IMG/VR virus record: IMGVR_UViG_3300025849_003344 | Source of the DNA: a virus | Lineage: Duplodnaviria; Caudoviricetes | DNA length: 64,000 nt | Reading direction: 5' to 3' (one strand) | Shown: piece by piece, positions 47,335 through 57,447 of the stretch | Layout of the letters: each line of letters begins with the position of its first letter | How positions within the stretch are numbered: the first letter of the stretch is position 1 | Notes under the pieces: model-generated | Seen by the model: the letters and a program-made list of their open reading frames with translations, nothing else | Told to the model about the DNA's origin: nothing | Databases searched by the model: none | Position numbers and translations under genes: made by a program

Positions 47335-50300
47335 TTACATATTAATGTAACCAAATAATCCGCCGCCGGCACCACCGCCACCGCCACCGAGAGTTGATGC
47401 TAAAGTGTCTGCTCTAACTTTTCTAAGTTGACCACCAGTTGTTCCACTATATACTAAGAAATATTCTGACGTATTTACCCAAGAATCTGCAAAGACTTCT
47501 TCATGCCTTGTAATATGGCGTTCATGAAGTTTAAATCCTCCGACTGAACCATAAGCAGAATCAAATGTAAGATCTCCAAGGCTGTCTTCATTGTCTTTAA
47601 AGTGTTGGAAAAATTCTGCTTCAGATGGTCCATTATAGGTTAGCGAACCAGCAATAGAATCGTAAATTAGTGATCCGTCTCCGCCACCGTCTATAACGCT
47701 TATAGCTGATCTTGCTCTAGCCGCAGTAAAGTATTGAGTACCGCTAGCCGAATCAGCTGATGGATCTTCGGGTAAATTAGATGTATTATGATTAGATAAG
47801 TCTGAAACTTGACCCGTAACATTGCCTGTTACATTACCAACAATATTACCATAACCAGTACCAAACTGAATATTAGCATCTGTATATGATGAATCTGAAG
47901 TATTGATAGAAGCATCGATAGTCGATGTGTATCCATCAAAGAATTTAAATCTTCCGTCAGCGTTATCTCTAAACGCACCAGCTCTTGCAAATGGACCATT
48001 CGGTGGATTATAATTACCAATCAGACCAAGATCAAGGTTAGAAGGAGCAGCGGTACCACTCCATCTTTCATTTACATCATGACCTGTTGCAGCTTCAAAC
48101 TCAAAGCTAATTCCGTGTCTAAGATCACCAGTTAGTCCGTTAGTTGATAGGTTCCACGAAGAAGGACCGCCATCAGATTCAAAGTTTAGGAGAGTTGTAA
48201 AATCTGAATCAAAAGACCAAACAAGTGTGTCACCTGACGAGTCAGCGCTAGTTATTTTTAAGTAATAAGCAACATCAGAATCACCTGTGTAAGTACCCAC
48301 TAACGACAGATCATCAAGTCCAGAATCTAGCGCATTGGCTGTGACAGTATCACCAGCCGCAAGGAATACAAAGTTATCGGAAACTGCTAAGTTAGCAACC
48401 TGAGTTTGTGTCTCAGTTCCAAGTAAGTTAAGGTTACCAGCGATAGTAACATCAGCATCAAATCGCGCGTTACCTTGGACTCTAATATTCTCAAAGACTT
48501 CAGCTTTTAGTCCAACCTGAATACAACCACCAACATTGCCACCTGTTGCCGAATCAGCTACAAGAACAACACCAACTTCAAAAGGATAGTTAGGATATTG
48601 GGGATTGTAATTAACGAGCTCACCAGCAGAGTCTGGAGAAACGTGTACAACGTCGCCAGGATTAAATGCGGAAGTATTTAATCCGCCATATAAACCACGA
48701 ACTGTGACATAACCGTATGTGCCACTGGGGATTGCATGAGAAGTTAAACCTTGCGTTTCATAAACCGTTTCAAAATTATTTGATTGAGCTAATGCAATGG
48801 TTGGAAAATCGTTTGTAGCACCAGTAATATAGACCGCTTTGCCTTTTGCGATTGCGGTACCAGTGTTGTTATAAACCCTAACAACTTCATCCTGACCAAG
48901 TTTGATATTCATAGTTGCGTTAGAATATGTTAAGGCGTCAGGCCCTTGGAAATAGAATAAGTTACCTTCTCTAAATGATGGAAGGTTATTAGGAACATCT
49001 ACATCTGTAAAGCGAGTAGTATCAAACGCAATACGATCGGCTTCTACTATTGGAATATCTGCGTATGAATCAACTTTTAATTGCTCAGCAACTCTTAACT
49101 GATTAAAAAATTCTGAGTAACGGTCAATAAGAATTCGACCTGAAGTTGAATCTTCAGTTATTACTCTACCAATATGAAACGGATATGCTGATGCAGAACT
49201 AGGTTCTGTTGTAGTAAACCCACCATTTGAATCTGTAGCAAGATACAGCTCTGAACCTTCGCTTAGTCCAGTAGTATTAATTCCATTAACAAAACCGCTT
49301 TGAGTAACATAACCAAAACCGCCAGGCTGAATCGTAGATGTAAGAACACCATCAACTCTTGCTGTTGAAGCAGCATCGGCTTTTGATAGTCGTATAGTCG
49401 GCGTATTACCCATTCGACCGTCAAAGTATACAGCACGTCCATTATAGAAAGGTGTACCAGTATCGTTGTAAACTCTTACAACAAATTCTTGACCGACGTT
49501 AATTGTAACATCATTTTTATCATTATAGTATGAGATAGCCTTTGCATCGCTATCATAAAATACACGGCCTTCTTTCCAAGGCGCTGCGTAACTTACGTCG
49601 TAATCAATATGCTTAACAGCAGCAGAACTTAAAGTAATATCGGCTGTCGAATCAATTCTAAACGTTGCCGTTGAATCTTCATAATCTAAACCTAAGCCGG
49701 CATTAAAGTCTTTACGTGCTAAAATGCGCTGATTTAAGTCGCCAGTAGCAGTTGATAATGTAAGAATCCCACTGGAAGAGTCAAAAGATACACTATCTAA
49801 AGTTGCAATAGCAATGTTTTTAATACTATCAACGATTCCAAGAGAATCAACGGTAATTTGCGGAACAAGGGTTGGGCTACCATATATTCCGGCATTTGCA
49901 CCAGATGATGGAATTCTAAATATTCCGTTTATACTATCATATGCTAGTCCAGGACCAGGAGATAGTATTGACTTCATCTGAGCCGAGTCAGGTAGTTCAT
50001 CTATCCGCTTATTAATAGAATCAACGGCCGGACCAGTTAAATTGCCAGCAACTGCTAATCCGGTATTAAGTTCAAATTGATCGGTATTTTTATCATACAG
50101 CATAAATTTGATGTTGCTGCCACCGCCAAGAAGAAAACCGCCGCCGTTTAAATTATCAACATTACTATCATTTACTGAAAAGATAATTCTATTATCAGTG
50201 GCATGCAAAAACGGTGCATCAAGTAAAATTCTACTAGATTTTAGATTAATTTCTCCAGAAGAAATGTTTAGTCTATCTGTACTATCAATTGAAGAAATAC

Positions 50301-52377
50301 TATCGACAAATAATCTATTTGAAATTGTAGCTTGATTAATAACGGCAGAATCAGTTACTGTTAATTGGCCTGTAACAATACTACCTGTTACGATATTAGC
50401 TGAGCTATCTAATCTAAACGTGCCGCTAGCTTCATTATAGTCAATTCCAAGACCACCTTCAAAATGAGCTCGTACTTCTGCAGGAGAAGGCCCAACAAAA
50501 GAGAATACACCAGTCGATTCATCGTACGTGAGAGTACCGTCACCCGTATTATCGGATTCTCTTACACTAATAAAAGATCTTAGATCAAAGGTACTAGGAC
50601 CGCTATACGTAAACTGGCCAGTAGCAGAATCATATGTTAAACTTGTTCCGCCGGCGTCATCGGACACCACACTGAACAACGAACGTACGCTATCATCTTC
50701 TAATATAAACGAAAACTGGCCAGTGGACGAGTCAAGCGTGAGTTGACCCATAGATAGGGAATCAGTATTTGCTGAAAGAAGACCTGCTACATCTGCTACA
50801 TCAGGTCCTTTGTAAACAATTCTACCTTGTTTTACAAAATAATTGAGTGAACCAAGCCCACCAGAATCTTCAACTGTTAAGGAGTTCCTAATGTTCGAAT
50901 CAGTAGTACCATTAATAGTAAGTACACCGGTAGAAGCATTATAAGAAGCCCCGCCATATGGGCTAGAATCGAAAGCAGTATCACCGATAAAATTAACAGA
51001 TATAGCATTCCTAGCATCTGAATCCTCGTAGTGTACTCCGGTTGTAATACTAAATTGACCAATAGAAGAATCATATGATAGATCTCCGGCAGCTGAAAAC
51101 TGACTACGGATTTCAGCTTGTTGCACGCCTGTATGATCGATAACGCCAGTGGTCGGATCAAATGTTATAAATCCGAAACCACCTCCGCTATTCGCAGCAG
51201 ATATAGATCCACGAATATCTGAGTCTGTTACTCTTGTAAATGTAAATTGGCCAGTTGTATTATCATAGGCTAGCGATCCATAATCACCACTATCATTTGT
51301 TACAGATAGTAGTGCTCTAGTAACCGCAGAGTCAGTAACATCAACAGAACCTAAATCAACACTGAAAACGCCTGTAGCGGTATCATATCCTAGATCGCCG
51401 GATACATTAAATAAGCCTCGTACTTCAGCATCAGTACGTTCAGTAAAACTAATTATTCCGGTATTTTGATTATAGCTTATATCACCTGTAGCGGTGATTA
51501 ATCCTCGAACAGCAGAGTCACTTGCACCCTGATATGTAATTTGACCGGAAGCACTATTATATGATAAAGAACCTTGGCCGCCATTATCAATAACTGATAT
51601 AGCTCCGCGGGCATCCGCATCCGTATAAGTTCCGCCTAAAGATCCTGTAAAGGTAATTTTACCAGTAGCTGAATCATAACCAAGATTGTCACCGACGTTA
51701 ATAACGCTACGTGTTTCAGATACTGACGGTCCATTATAGGTGATTTGACCGGTTACATTGTTGTAAGTTAACGATCCAAACCCGCCGTTATCAACTGCAG
51801 AAATAGCAGCACGACCGCGGGAATCAGTAAAATAAAGACTAGAACCTTCAGTTAGATCATCTGTAGTTTTTAATGCAAAATTAGAATCGAATGCTGCAGA
51901 TGTATCTGGTACATTTACAGAAAATTCACCAGTTACTGCGTTATATGTTAAATCGTTTCCAGCACTGAACAGTGCTCTAATCTGCGATTGTGTTGGACCT
52001 TCAAGTCTAACAGTACCATCAGTATAAGATAAAGTTCCTAATGAAGATGAATCGTACGTTGCATTAAACAGCGAATGAATACTATCGGAAGAAGGACCTT
52101 CGTATGTAAGTATTGCTAAATTTGAATCATAAGCAAGAGATCCTAGTCCGCCAGAATCTTGTACAGTAAGCCCGCTGCCAGTAATTGATGCAGCACTAAC
52201 ATGCAGGAATTTTCCAGATGCACTGTCATATTGTAGAATTGTACCGTCAGAAAGATTAACTGAGCCATTAACATCATCTAAACCAGTTAGTGATCCGTTA
52301 GCTGCGGATCCAACCCGTAAAGGAGTTCCAACAGTTATCTTTTTTACGATTGTGTTTTGACCAACAACAACGCGCAT
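47335..52377 (-). CDS. Long repetitive tail fibre (1680 aa)
   Basis: Many DxGGxGSLxYDSxTGxFTYxGP repeats; two YFTxxRxRxAIS motifs; a duplicated VVRVYNxTGT domain. Confidence 0.75.
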   Translation of the reverse strand: MRVVVGQNTIVKKITVGTPLRVGSAANGSLTGLDDVNGSVNLSDGTILQYDSASGKFLHVSAASITGSGLTVQDSGGLGSLAYDSNLAILTYEGPSSDSIHSLFNATYDSSSLGTLSYTDGTVRLEGPTQSQIRALFSAGNDLTYNAVTGEFSVNVPDTSAAFDSNFALKTTDDLTEGSSLYFTDSRGRAAISAVDNGGFGSLTYNNVTGQITYNGPSVSETRSVINVGDNLGYDSATGKITFTGSLGGTYTDADARGAISVIDNGGQGSLSYNSASGQITYQGASDSAVRGLITATGDISYNQNTGIISFTERTDAEVRGLFNVSGDLGYDTATGVFSVDLGSVDVTDSAVTRALLSVTNDSGDYGSLAYDNTTGQFTFTRVTDSDIRGSISAANSGGGFGFITFDPTTGVIDHTGVQQAEIRSQFSAAGDLSYDSSIGQFSITTGVHYEDSDARNAISVNFIGDTAFDSSPYGGASYNASTGVLTINGTTDSNIRNSLTVEDSGGLGSLNYFVKQGRIVYKGPDVADVAGLLSANTDSLSMGQLTLDSSTGQFSFILEDDSVRSLFSVVSDDAGGTSLTYDSATGQFTYSGPSTFDLRSFISVRESDNTGDGTLTYDESTGVFSFVGPSPAEVRAHFEGGLGIDYNEASGTFRLDSSANIVTGSIVTGQLTVTDSAVINQATISNRLFVDSISSIDSTDRLNISSGEINLKSSRILLDAPFLHATDNRIIFSVNDSNVDNLNGGGFLLGGGSNIKFMLYDKNTDQFELNTGLAVAGNLTGPAVDSINKRIDELPDSAQMKSILSPGPGLAYDSINGIFRIPSSGANAGIYGSPTLVPQITVDSLGIVDSIKNIAIATLDSVSFDSSSGILTLSTATGDLNQRILARKDFNAGLGLDYEDSTATFRIDSTADITLSSAAVKHIDYDVSYAAPWKEGRVFYDSDAKAISYYNDKNDVTINVGQEFVVRVYNDTGTPFYNGRAVYFDGRMGNTPTIRLSKADAASTARVDGVLTSTIQPGGFGYVTQSGFVNGINTTGLSEGSELYLATDSNGGFTTTEPSSASAYPFHIGRVITEDSTSGRILIDRYSEFFNQLRVAEQLKVDSYADIPIVEADRIAFDTTRFTDVDVPNNLPSFREGNLFYFQGPDALTYSNATMNIKLGQDEVVRVYNNTGTAIAKGKAVYITGATNDFPTIALAQSNNFETVYETQGLTSHAIPSGTYGYVTVRGLYGGLNTSAFNPGDVVHVSPDSAGELVNYNPQYPNYPFEVGVVLVADSATGGNVGGCIQVGLKAEVFENIRVQGNARFDADVTIAGNLNLLGTETQTQVANLAVSDNFVFLAAGDTVTANALDSGLDDLSLVGTYTGDSDVAYYLKITSADSSGDTLVWSFDSDFTTLLNFESDGGPSSWNLSTNGLTGDLRHGISFEFEAATGHDVNERWSGTAAPSNLDLGLIGNYNPPNGPFARAGAFRDNADGRFKFFDGYTSTIDASINTSDSSYTDANIQFGTGYGNIVGNVTGNVTGQVSDLSNHNTSNLPEDPSADSASGTQYFTAARARSAISVIDGGGDGSLIYDSIAGSLTYNGPSEAEFFQHFKDNEDSLGDLTFDSAYGSVGGFKLHERHITRHEEVFADSWVNTSEYFLVYSGTTGGQLRKVRADTLASTLGGGGGGAGGGLFGYINM
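50400..52240 (-). repeat. Degenerate beta-hairpin protein repeats of about 25-40 aa (coordinates approximate)
   Basis: Recurring GSLxYD/NxxTGxFxF/Y units in the N-terminal 690 aa of the fibre. Confidence 0.7.
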
Positions 52378-52392
52378 GTGAATTCCTTAAGG

Positions 52393-52743
52393 TTATGTTA
52401 CGCTAGGCGTAACGGTAATTGAGCCTTCAAGGATTCTTTCAACCACTGTACTTGCATCACTATCAACGAAAGAAATCTCTACATCATATACATATCTACC
52501 AGCCTTGAGAGTGCTAGTTTGCGTATTACTCAAAGTAAGGTTAACAACACCTGCAGTAGCAGGAGCTTCAACTTCTGTAGTAAATGAAACCGCCTCGCTG
52601 TCAGAAGTATTATAACTTTTCTTTAACTTGCCAGCAACAGTATGGTTCGTAAGATCTTTTTCGTTACCCTGATTATCCTCTAACTCGAGTTTCAGGGTAA
52701 TGTCAGATCCTTTGTCTATTGACAGTTCTTCATATTGGGCCAT
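52393..52743 (-). CDS. BppU-N-like fibre attachment or baseplate protein
   Basis: IDKGSD...DLTNHTVAGKLKK...GVVNLTL....T..LKAGRYVYDVEI...RILEG.ITV.PSVT. Confidence 0.7.
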   Translation of the reverse strand: MAQYEELSIDKGSDITLKLELEDNQGNEKDLTNHTVAGKLKKSYNTSDSEAVSFTTEVEAPATAGVVNLTLSNTQTSTLKAGRYVYDVEISFVDSDASTVVERILEGSITVTPSVT

Positions 52744-52761
52744 GTAACAAACACTCTTAGG

Positions 52762-53679
52762 TTATTTGTTCTTATTTATATCTCTTATCCACTCCATTTT
52801 CTTATTGATGAAGTGATAAAGTTTAGCTTTTGGATCCATTTGATTTGGATCTGAAACTAACTCGTCGACAAGCCAATGCCATTCTTTTTTCATATATTGA
52901 ATTTGTATTTCTCGTGACTTAACCCAAAATGAAAACACGGTCTCATTATCATAATTAAATACACGTTGAATATTTTCAGGATAGAGAGAATACTCGTCAT
53001 GTTTTACTTCAGTCATAAGATTAATAATATAATCAAAGTTTTTAAAATAATCTAGTTGCTTAATTACCTCTGACGACGCTGCCATAATTCCTGTATTGAA
53101 TACATCATTTTCAGGATCAAAGCCTTCTTCCATCAACATGGCATGGGTGTTCCAATATTTTGTGGCAGGATTACGAATGCAAAGATTGTAATCCTTTGCT
53201 TTCATGACTTTACCGCGAATTGCGAGGCGATTAGATTCTGCAACAGCCATCATTGTATCGACGTTATGCGCTTCAAAAATACAGTCAGTAGTATTTGGTA
53301 CAACATCGAAATCTAAGTAGCAGACGTACTCGTACTGGTCCGCCATATCTCGCATAACGCGATGTTTATAGAAGTTTACTATATCATACTCTGAGATCTC
53401 TGTAAACCTATTTTTTATTTCATTAAAGAACTTTTTATATGTACTATCATATTCAAATAGTATATAGTCAGCACCAATATCATTTGCATATTGCTTTTGG
53501 CGTTCAGTTACTAATTCAGCATTATTAAGCAATGCAAGTTTTGTTTGCTTACTTTTGTCTGTTATAACTTGTTTACCTTGATCGTACCATCCAGGATTAT
53601 CTAAACGGTCTTCTGGAATATCAATAAAAATACTGAATACTACTTTATTTTCCAATGACAGTAAACCTCTTAAAATCAC
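52762..53679 (-). CDS. GT-A fold glycosyltransferase (GT8/nucleotide-diphospho-sugar transferase-like)
   Basis: YANDIGADY, VCYLDFDVV (DxD), VFNTGIM, YDNETVF, LYHFIN. Confidence 0.7.
   Translation of the reverse strand: MILRGLLSLENKVVFSIFIDIPEDRLDNPGWYDQGKQVITDKSKQTKLALLNNAELVTERQKQYANDIGADYILFEYDSTYKKFFNEIKNRFTEISEYDIVNFYKHRVMRDMADQYEYVCYLDFDVVPNTTDCIFEAHNVDTMMAVAESNRLAIRGKVMKAKDYNLCIRNPATKYWNTHAMLMEEGFDPENDVFNTGIMAASSEVIKQLDYFKNFDYIINLMTEVKHDEYSLYPENIQRVFNYDNETVFSFWVKSREIQIQYMKKEWHWLVDELVSDPNQMDPKAKLYHFINKKMEWIRDINKNK
52773..52780 (-). promoter_or_regulatory. Late promoter for 52743-47335, inside the 3' end of the upstream GT gene
   Basis: Exact TATAAATA 30 nt upstream of the ATG. Confidence 0.8.
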
Positions 53680-54268
53680 CTAAGTCTATTGTATCAATAT
53701 CAGCCACCCAATTAAGATCTAAACTATCTGCAAATAACTCGGCTGTAGGATAGCAATTAACATGTGAATCTAGATCTACATAATCGTTAGATTGAAATGC
53801 AACCCAACAGTCAGGATCTTTAGATTTAATAATATTATTTAAATCTTTTTGCTCCATATGCTCACAAGAGGTGTTTACAATCCCTGTATATTGTGGTATA
53901 ATAAAAGAGTCATTTATGTTGAGGGTGGAGAACCCTATGTCATAATCATGAAATAGTTTATATCCATATTCTTCACACATAGGATCCATATCAGTAGATT
54001 CTATATTCATTTGTTTTTCCGGCCACTGTTTACGTAATTGATAAGCCATCATCCCATACCACCCGCCGAGCACTAATAATTTACCGGCGTCATGATTATA
54101 TAACTCATAAAGCTTTTCAGCTAATAATTGTTTACCAATCCAATGATTATCATCTACTGAATGGGATAAGTCCTTAATTCTGTAAAGATCATCGATTCCG
54201 TACATAGATTCGTCATAAATTTCTTCACTTAATTTTATAGTTCTATATAAGATCTTCGAGTCGTACAT
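53645..54268 (-). CDS. Class I SAM-dependent methyltransferase-like protein
   Basis: LLVLGGWYG (motif I), STDMDPMC, VNTSCEHM, FQSNDY. Confidence 0.6.
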   Translation of the reverse strand: MYDSKILYRTIKLSEEIYDESMYGIDDLYRIKDLSHSVDDNHWIGKQLLAEKLYELYNHDAGKLLVLGGWYGMMAYQLRKQWPEKQMNIESTDMDPMCEEYGYKLFHDYDIGFSTLNINDSFIIPQYTGIVNTSCEHMEQKDLNNIIKSKDPDCWVAFQSNDYVDLDSHVNCYPTAELFADSLDLNWVADIDTIDLGDFKRFTVIGK

Positions 54269-54893
54269 CCAATTCCTCATACGTAGTCACTGTGGCACCC
54301 CATGGGTCTTCATGTTTTTTTGATTGTACAAATGAAGGTGGTAAAGTTTTAAATTTAAAATCTTCATGGGCTAAAAATCTATCCATACCTCCAGAATATT
54401 TTCTCATATAGTAGTCACGAAATCCTGTGTTAAAGTGTTCCCATATATCGTGATGTCTTCCAGCAGTCCATGTCATAATAGAACTATGAATGTTTACGTC
54501 GTAGCTAGATAGTCGACCATATCTTTTTTTATTATCTTTCCAAGGCGCTGCGCATAAACTAAGCATATCCCAATCGTGAAGCTCAAGGGCCTTAAAAATG
54601 CAATTATTCACTGCAACATCTAAGTCTAAATAAATAGTATTACCGCTAAAAGGCATATCCGGATCAAACAGTCTAAGTTTATTCCAAACGCCTTTTAACG
54701 TGGGATCTTTCTTTTCATTGATTACTTTTATGCTAGGGTGCAAACCCTCAGGATTATCTGTATAACAATAAAACTGATATTGCGATGTAGTGTAATATGA
54801 ACGAGAAAAATATCCGATTGCCGAATATATTTTATTTACAAATTCAGAATCGTATTTAGTTCCAAATTTAACCGTGATTATGTTGTATGTCAT
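54243..54893 (-). CDS. GT-A fold glycosyltransferase
   Basis: ITVKFGTKY..EFVN, FYCYTD, WNKLRLF, IYLDLDVAV (DxD), HSSIMTW. Confidence 0.7.
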   Translation of the reverse strand: MTYNIITVKFGTKYDSEFVNKIYSAIGYFSRSYYTTSQYQFYCYTDNPEGLHPSIKVINEKKDPTLKGVWNKLRLFDPDMPFSGNTIYLDLDVAVNNCIFKALELHDWDMLSLCAAPWKDNKKRYGRLSSYDVNIHSSIMTWTAGRHHDIWEHFNTGFRDYYMRKYSGGMDRFLAHEDFKFKTLPPSFVQSKKHEDPWGATVTTYEELDVRLEDLI

Positions 54894-56010
54894 AATATGC
54901 TGCAAATAATTCAGGTATACTTTTTGCTTTACGTACTTTCATTTTTAGTTTACGGTCTTTATGATTTTTTACTTCAGGTAAATTAAAGATTACCAATTTA
55001 GTTTTAAATACAGTATCTTCATCTTCTTTATTAGTTACTAGGTATTTAGCAACATTTTCAGGATTAATTTTTTCTTCAGTAGAACTAGAGCCTAATTTAA
55101 ATTTATCCATAAAGTTTTGTTTTATATTTTTTATTTCTTCACTTTTGTAATCTTCTACTTCATCATATCGCTTTTGAAACTCTACATCTAATTCTGACTG
55201 CAATATACCTAGTTGTTCTGATCTATAAGCATCCGCCTGCTTATATCTTTCCTCAACTTGAACATCTAATTCTGATTGTAGAATTTTTAGCTGAGAGTCA
55301 CGATATTCATCAACATCTTTAAACCCTTCAGAAACTCTACGTTCCACTTGTTCATCAAGCTCTTGTTGTAGAACTTCTAATTGTTCTTTTTTGTACAACT
55401 CTACTTCTTTATAACGTTCTTCAATCTGTAAATCAACTTCAGATTGCAGTACATCTAGTTGTTCTTGCTTATAGGCATCAGCTTCAGATTGCAGTACATC
55501 TAGTTGTTCTTGCTTATAGGCATCAGCTTCTTTATAACGCTTTTCTATTTGTTCATCAACTTCTGCTTGAAGAATACTTAGTTGTTCTTCTTTGTATTTG
55601 TCAACGCCTTTAAATCCTTCAGAAACTCTATATGACACTTGTTCATCGAGTTCAGCTTGTAAAATTTTAAGTTCTTTTTCTTTGTATTTTTCGAAAAGCT
55701 TATAACGTTCTTCGTCTTGCTTGTCTAATTCAATTTGAGCATTTATTACCCATTCATCGAACATGGACTTTGCTGCATCATGAAGGGTTCTATTTTTACG
55801 ATTTTCTAGAGAGCTATAATAATTTTTTGTTCTATCTTGAATATTTTCAATAGTAAACTCATCCAAGAGATCTAAGAAATCTTGGTTATTATAATTTAAT
55901 TCTAGAATATAAGAATGCGTTTGATCATCTATTCCATATAGAATCTCAATAGTTTTTTCTTTTTGATCTACAAATTTAACATCTTGGATCTTGTTAGAAA
56001 ATCTTGCCAT
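54868..56010 (-). CDS. Coiled-coil repeat protein of unknown function
   Basis: About seven YKxEQLxxLQxExDxQxExRYKExDx units of 15-30 aa. Confidence 0.7.
   Translation of the reverse strand: MARFSNKIQDVKFVDQKEKTIEILYGIDDQTHSYILELNYNNQDFLDLLDEFTIENIQDRTKNYYSSLENRKNRTLHDAAKSMFDEWVINAQIELDKQDEERYKLFEKYKEKELKILQAELDEQVSYRVSEGFKGVDKYKEEQLSILQAEVDEQIEKRYKEADAYKQEQLDVLQSEADAYKQEQLDVLQSEVDLQIEERYKEVELYKKEQLEVLQQELDEQVERRVSEGFKDVDEYRDSQLKILQSELDVQVEERYKQADAYRSEQLGILQSELDVEFQKRYDEVEDYKSEEIKNIKQNFMDKFKLGSSSTEEKINPENVAKYLVTNKEDEDTVFKTKLVIFNLPEVKNHKDRKLKMKVRKAKSIPELFAAYYDIQHNHG
55437..55530. repeat. Perfect 45-bp in-frame tandem duplication
   Basis: cttcagattgcagtacatctagttgttcttgcttataggcatcag twice plus 4 nt; encodes ADAYKQEQLDVLQSE. 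Confidence 0.92.
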
Positions 56011-56023
56011 AATAAACCTTTCA

Positions 56024-57058
56024 TTAAGTATTACCTATTCCTAAAAAATTGGTAGACTCTATAGATGGTGTTCCGGTAGGAACATTTTGTGCATAGTATA
56101 TACTAGCATTTGGATCTGGCGCGTTTTGATCTTGTCTTTCAATATAGTTCAAAACATATGTATCAGTTATACCAGTACCTCTTGTATTAAAATCAAAACC
56201 GCTAAGATAAGATGACGTTCCAAATTGATAGCGTATTGCTTTATCCCATACATTAGCGGGATCTACTGACCAATATTTTATAAGATCTTTTAACATATCT
56301 CTAAAAACATCTCTATCTATTGTTTTTATGTGATCGTCGATAGACCATGATACAACAGGCAAATTAAAATCTACATGAGATACCGCATTAACTCTGTGCA
56401 AATAGAATTCAGTTTGAGAAACTACATTTACTTGATCGAGAGCTTCAGGTAAATCTCCTACACTAAATGCATTTATGTCTTCAGTAGTATCTATAGCAAT
56501 AGGAGTTGACGACATAAGTGTAGCGTCTGATTCTGATAAAGACGTAGACACAAAGTAAGTACCTGCATTATCAGCAGGTACTGTTGTAGAAGAAACCAAT
56601 CTTTCAATAGCTGGTTGTATAAACGTATCTCTTATGTCAATCCATGACATAGCTTTAATGTAATTATTATCTTCATCGTAAAATAGCGGATACGAGTGAT
56701 TTGCATACGTACTACCAGAGCGATCTTTATAGGGAAAAGATGAGCGCCAGTTCAACTCGGTTAACACTCTAATATAATTTACAGCATTATACGTTGGAAC
56801 TGAAGTAAGTCCAGATGGGTTTGAATATGCACCACTTGACCGCGAAATCGCTGTACTAGCACGCAATCTTCTATCAATAAGAGTGCCTAGTTTAAATTCA
56901 AAAAGTGATCCATCAGGAGAATCGTCTGTTACTTCAAGCGAAACACCAGGATCATTGCCATATATGCGAATTATTTCATCAATAATGTTTGTAACTTCGG
57001 CAGCGGACATAACTCTTAAATCGCTGCCGACTCTCTTTAAAGGCTTTACAACTGCCAT
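56024..57058 (-). CDS. Virion structural protein, hypothetical
   Basis: In the baseplate operon; C-terminal NVPTGTP; Ser/Thr-rich. Confidence 0.55.
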   Translation of the reverse strand: MAVVKPLKRVGSDLRVMSAAEVTNIIDEIIRIYGNDPGVSLEVTDDSPDGSLFEFKLGTLIDRRLRASTAISRSSGAYSNPSGLTSVPTYNAVNYIRVLTELNWRSSFPYKDRSGSTYANHSYPLFYDEDNNYIKAMSWIDIRDTFIQPAIERLVSSTTVPADNAGTYFVSTSLSESDATLMSSTPIAIDTTEDINAFSVGDLPEALDQVNVVSQTEFYLHRVNAVSHVDFNLPVVSWSIDDHIKTIDRDVFRDMLKDLIKYWSVDPANVWDKAIRYQFGTSSYLSGFDFNTRGTGITDTYVLNYIERQDQNAPDPNASIYYAQNVPTGTPSIESTNFLGIGNT

Positions 57059-57060
57059 AA

Positions 57061-57447
57061 TTAAGTTCCAGCTGAATAAAGTGTCTTTAAAGCCACTCCT
57101 GATGAGTCATAGATTATTAATGTTTGCAGGTTTCTAAGATGTTCACTCCCAACTTCATCATCACCAATTTTAGCTGCTACAACTGCACCGTTTGCGATAT
57201 CTGAAGTATTAACTGGAAACGTGCCGCCAATTAAAGAAATGGTTTGCGCTGAATCCAAAGTTGCAATTGCATCAACCTGAGTTTGTAACAAGCCTAAATC
57301 AGAATCTAATTCATTAATAGATTCTACAAGGTCGGAATCTCCAGTAGTTGTAAGAAGATCCAAGTCTCCGACTTTATAACTTAAGTCGTTAAACTTTTCT
57401 CTCCATGCGCTAACTAAGTCATTTAGATCGACATAAATTCTAGCCAT
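57061..57447 (-). CDS. Short fibre or collar-like protein
   Basis: N-terminal DLVSAWREKFN (fibritin/gp9-like start), GDLDLL...DLVESINEL, IANGAVVAAKI repeat. Confidence 0.5.
   Translation of the reverse strand: MARIYVDLNDLVSAWREKFNDLSYKVGDLDLLTTTGDSDLVESINELDSDLGLLQTQVDAIATLDSAQTISLIGGTFPVNTSDIANGAVVAAKIGDDEVGSEHLRNLQTLIIYDSSGVALKTLYSAGT

Noticed and set aside
55200-55700. CRISPR-like array
   Set aside because: The repeats are in-frame coding units without unique spacers, and there are no cas genes
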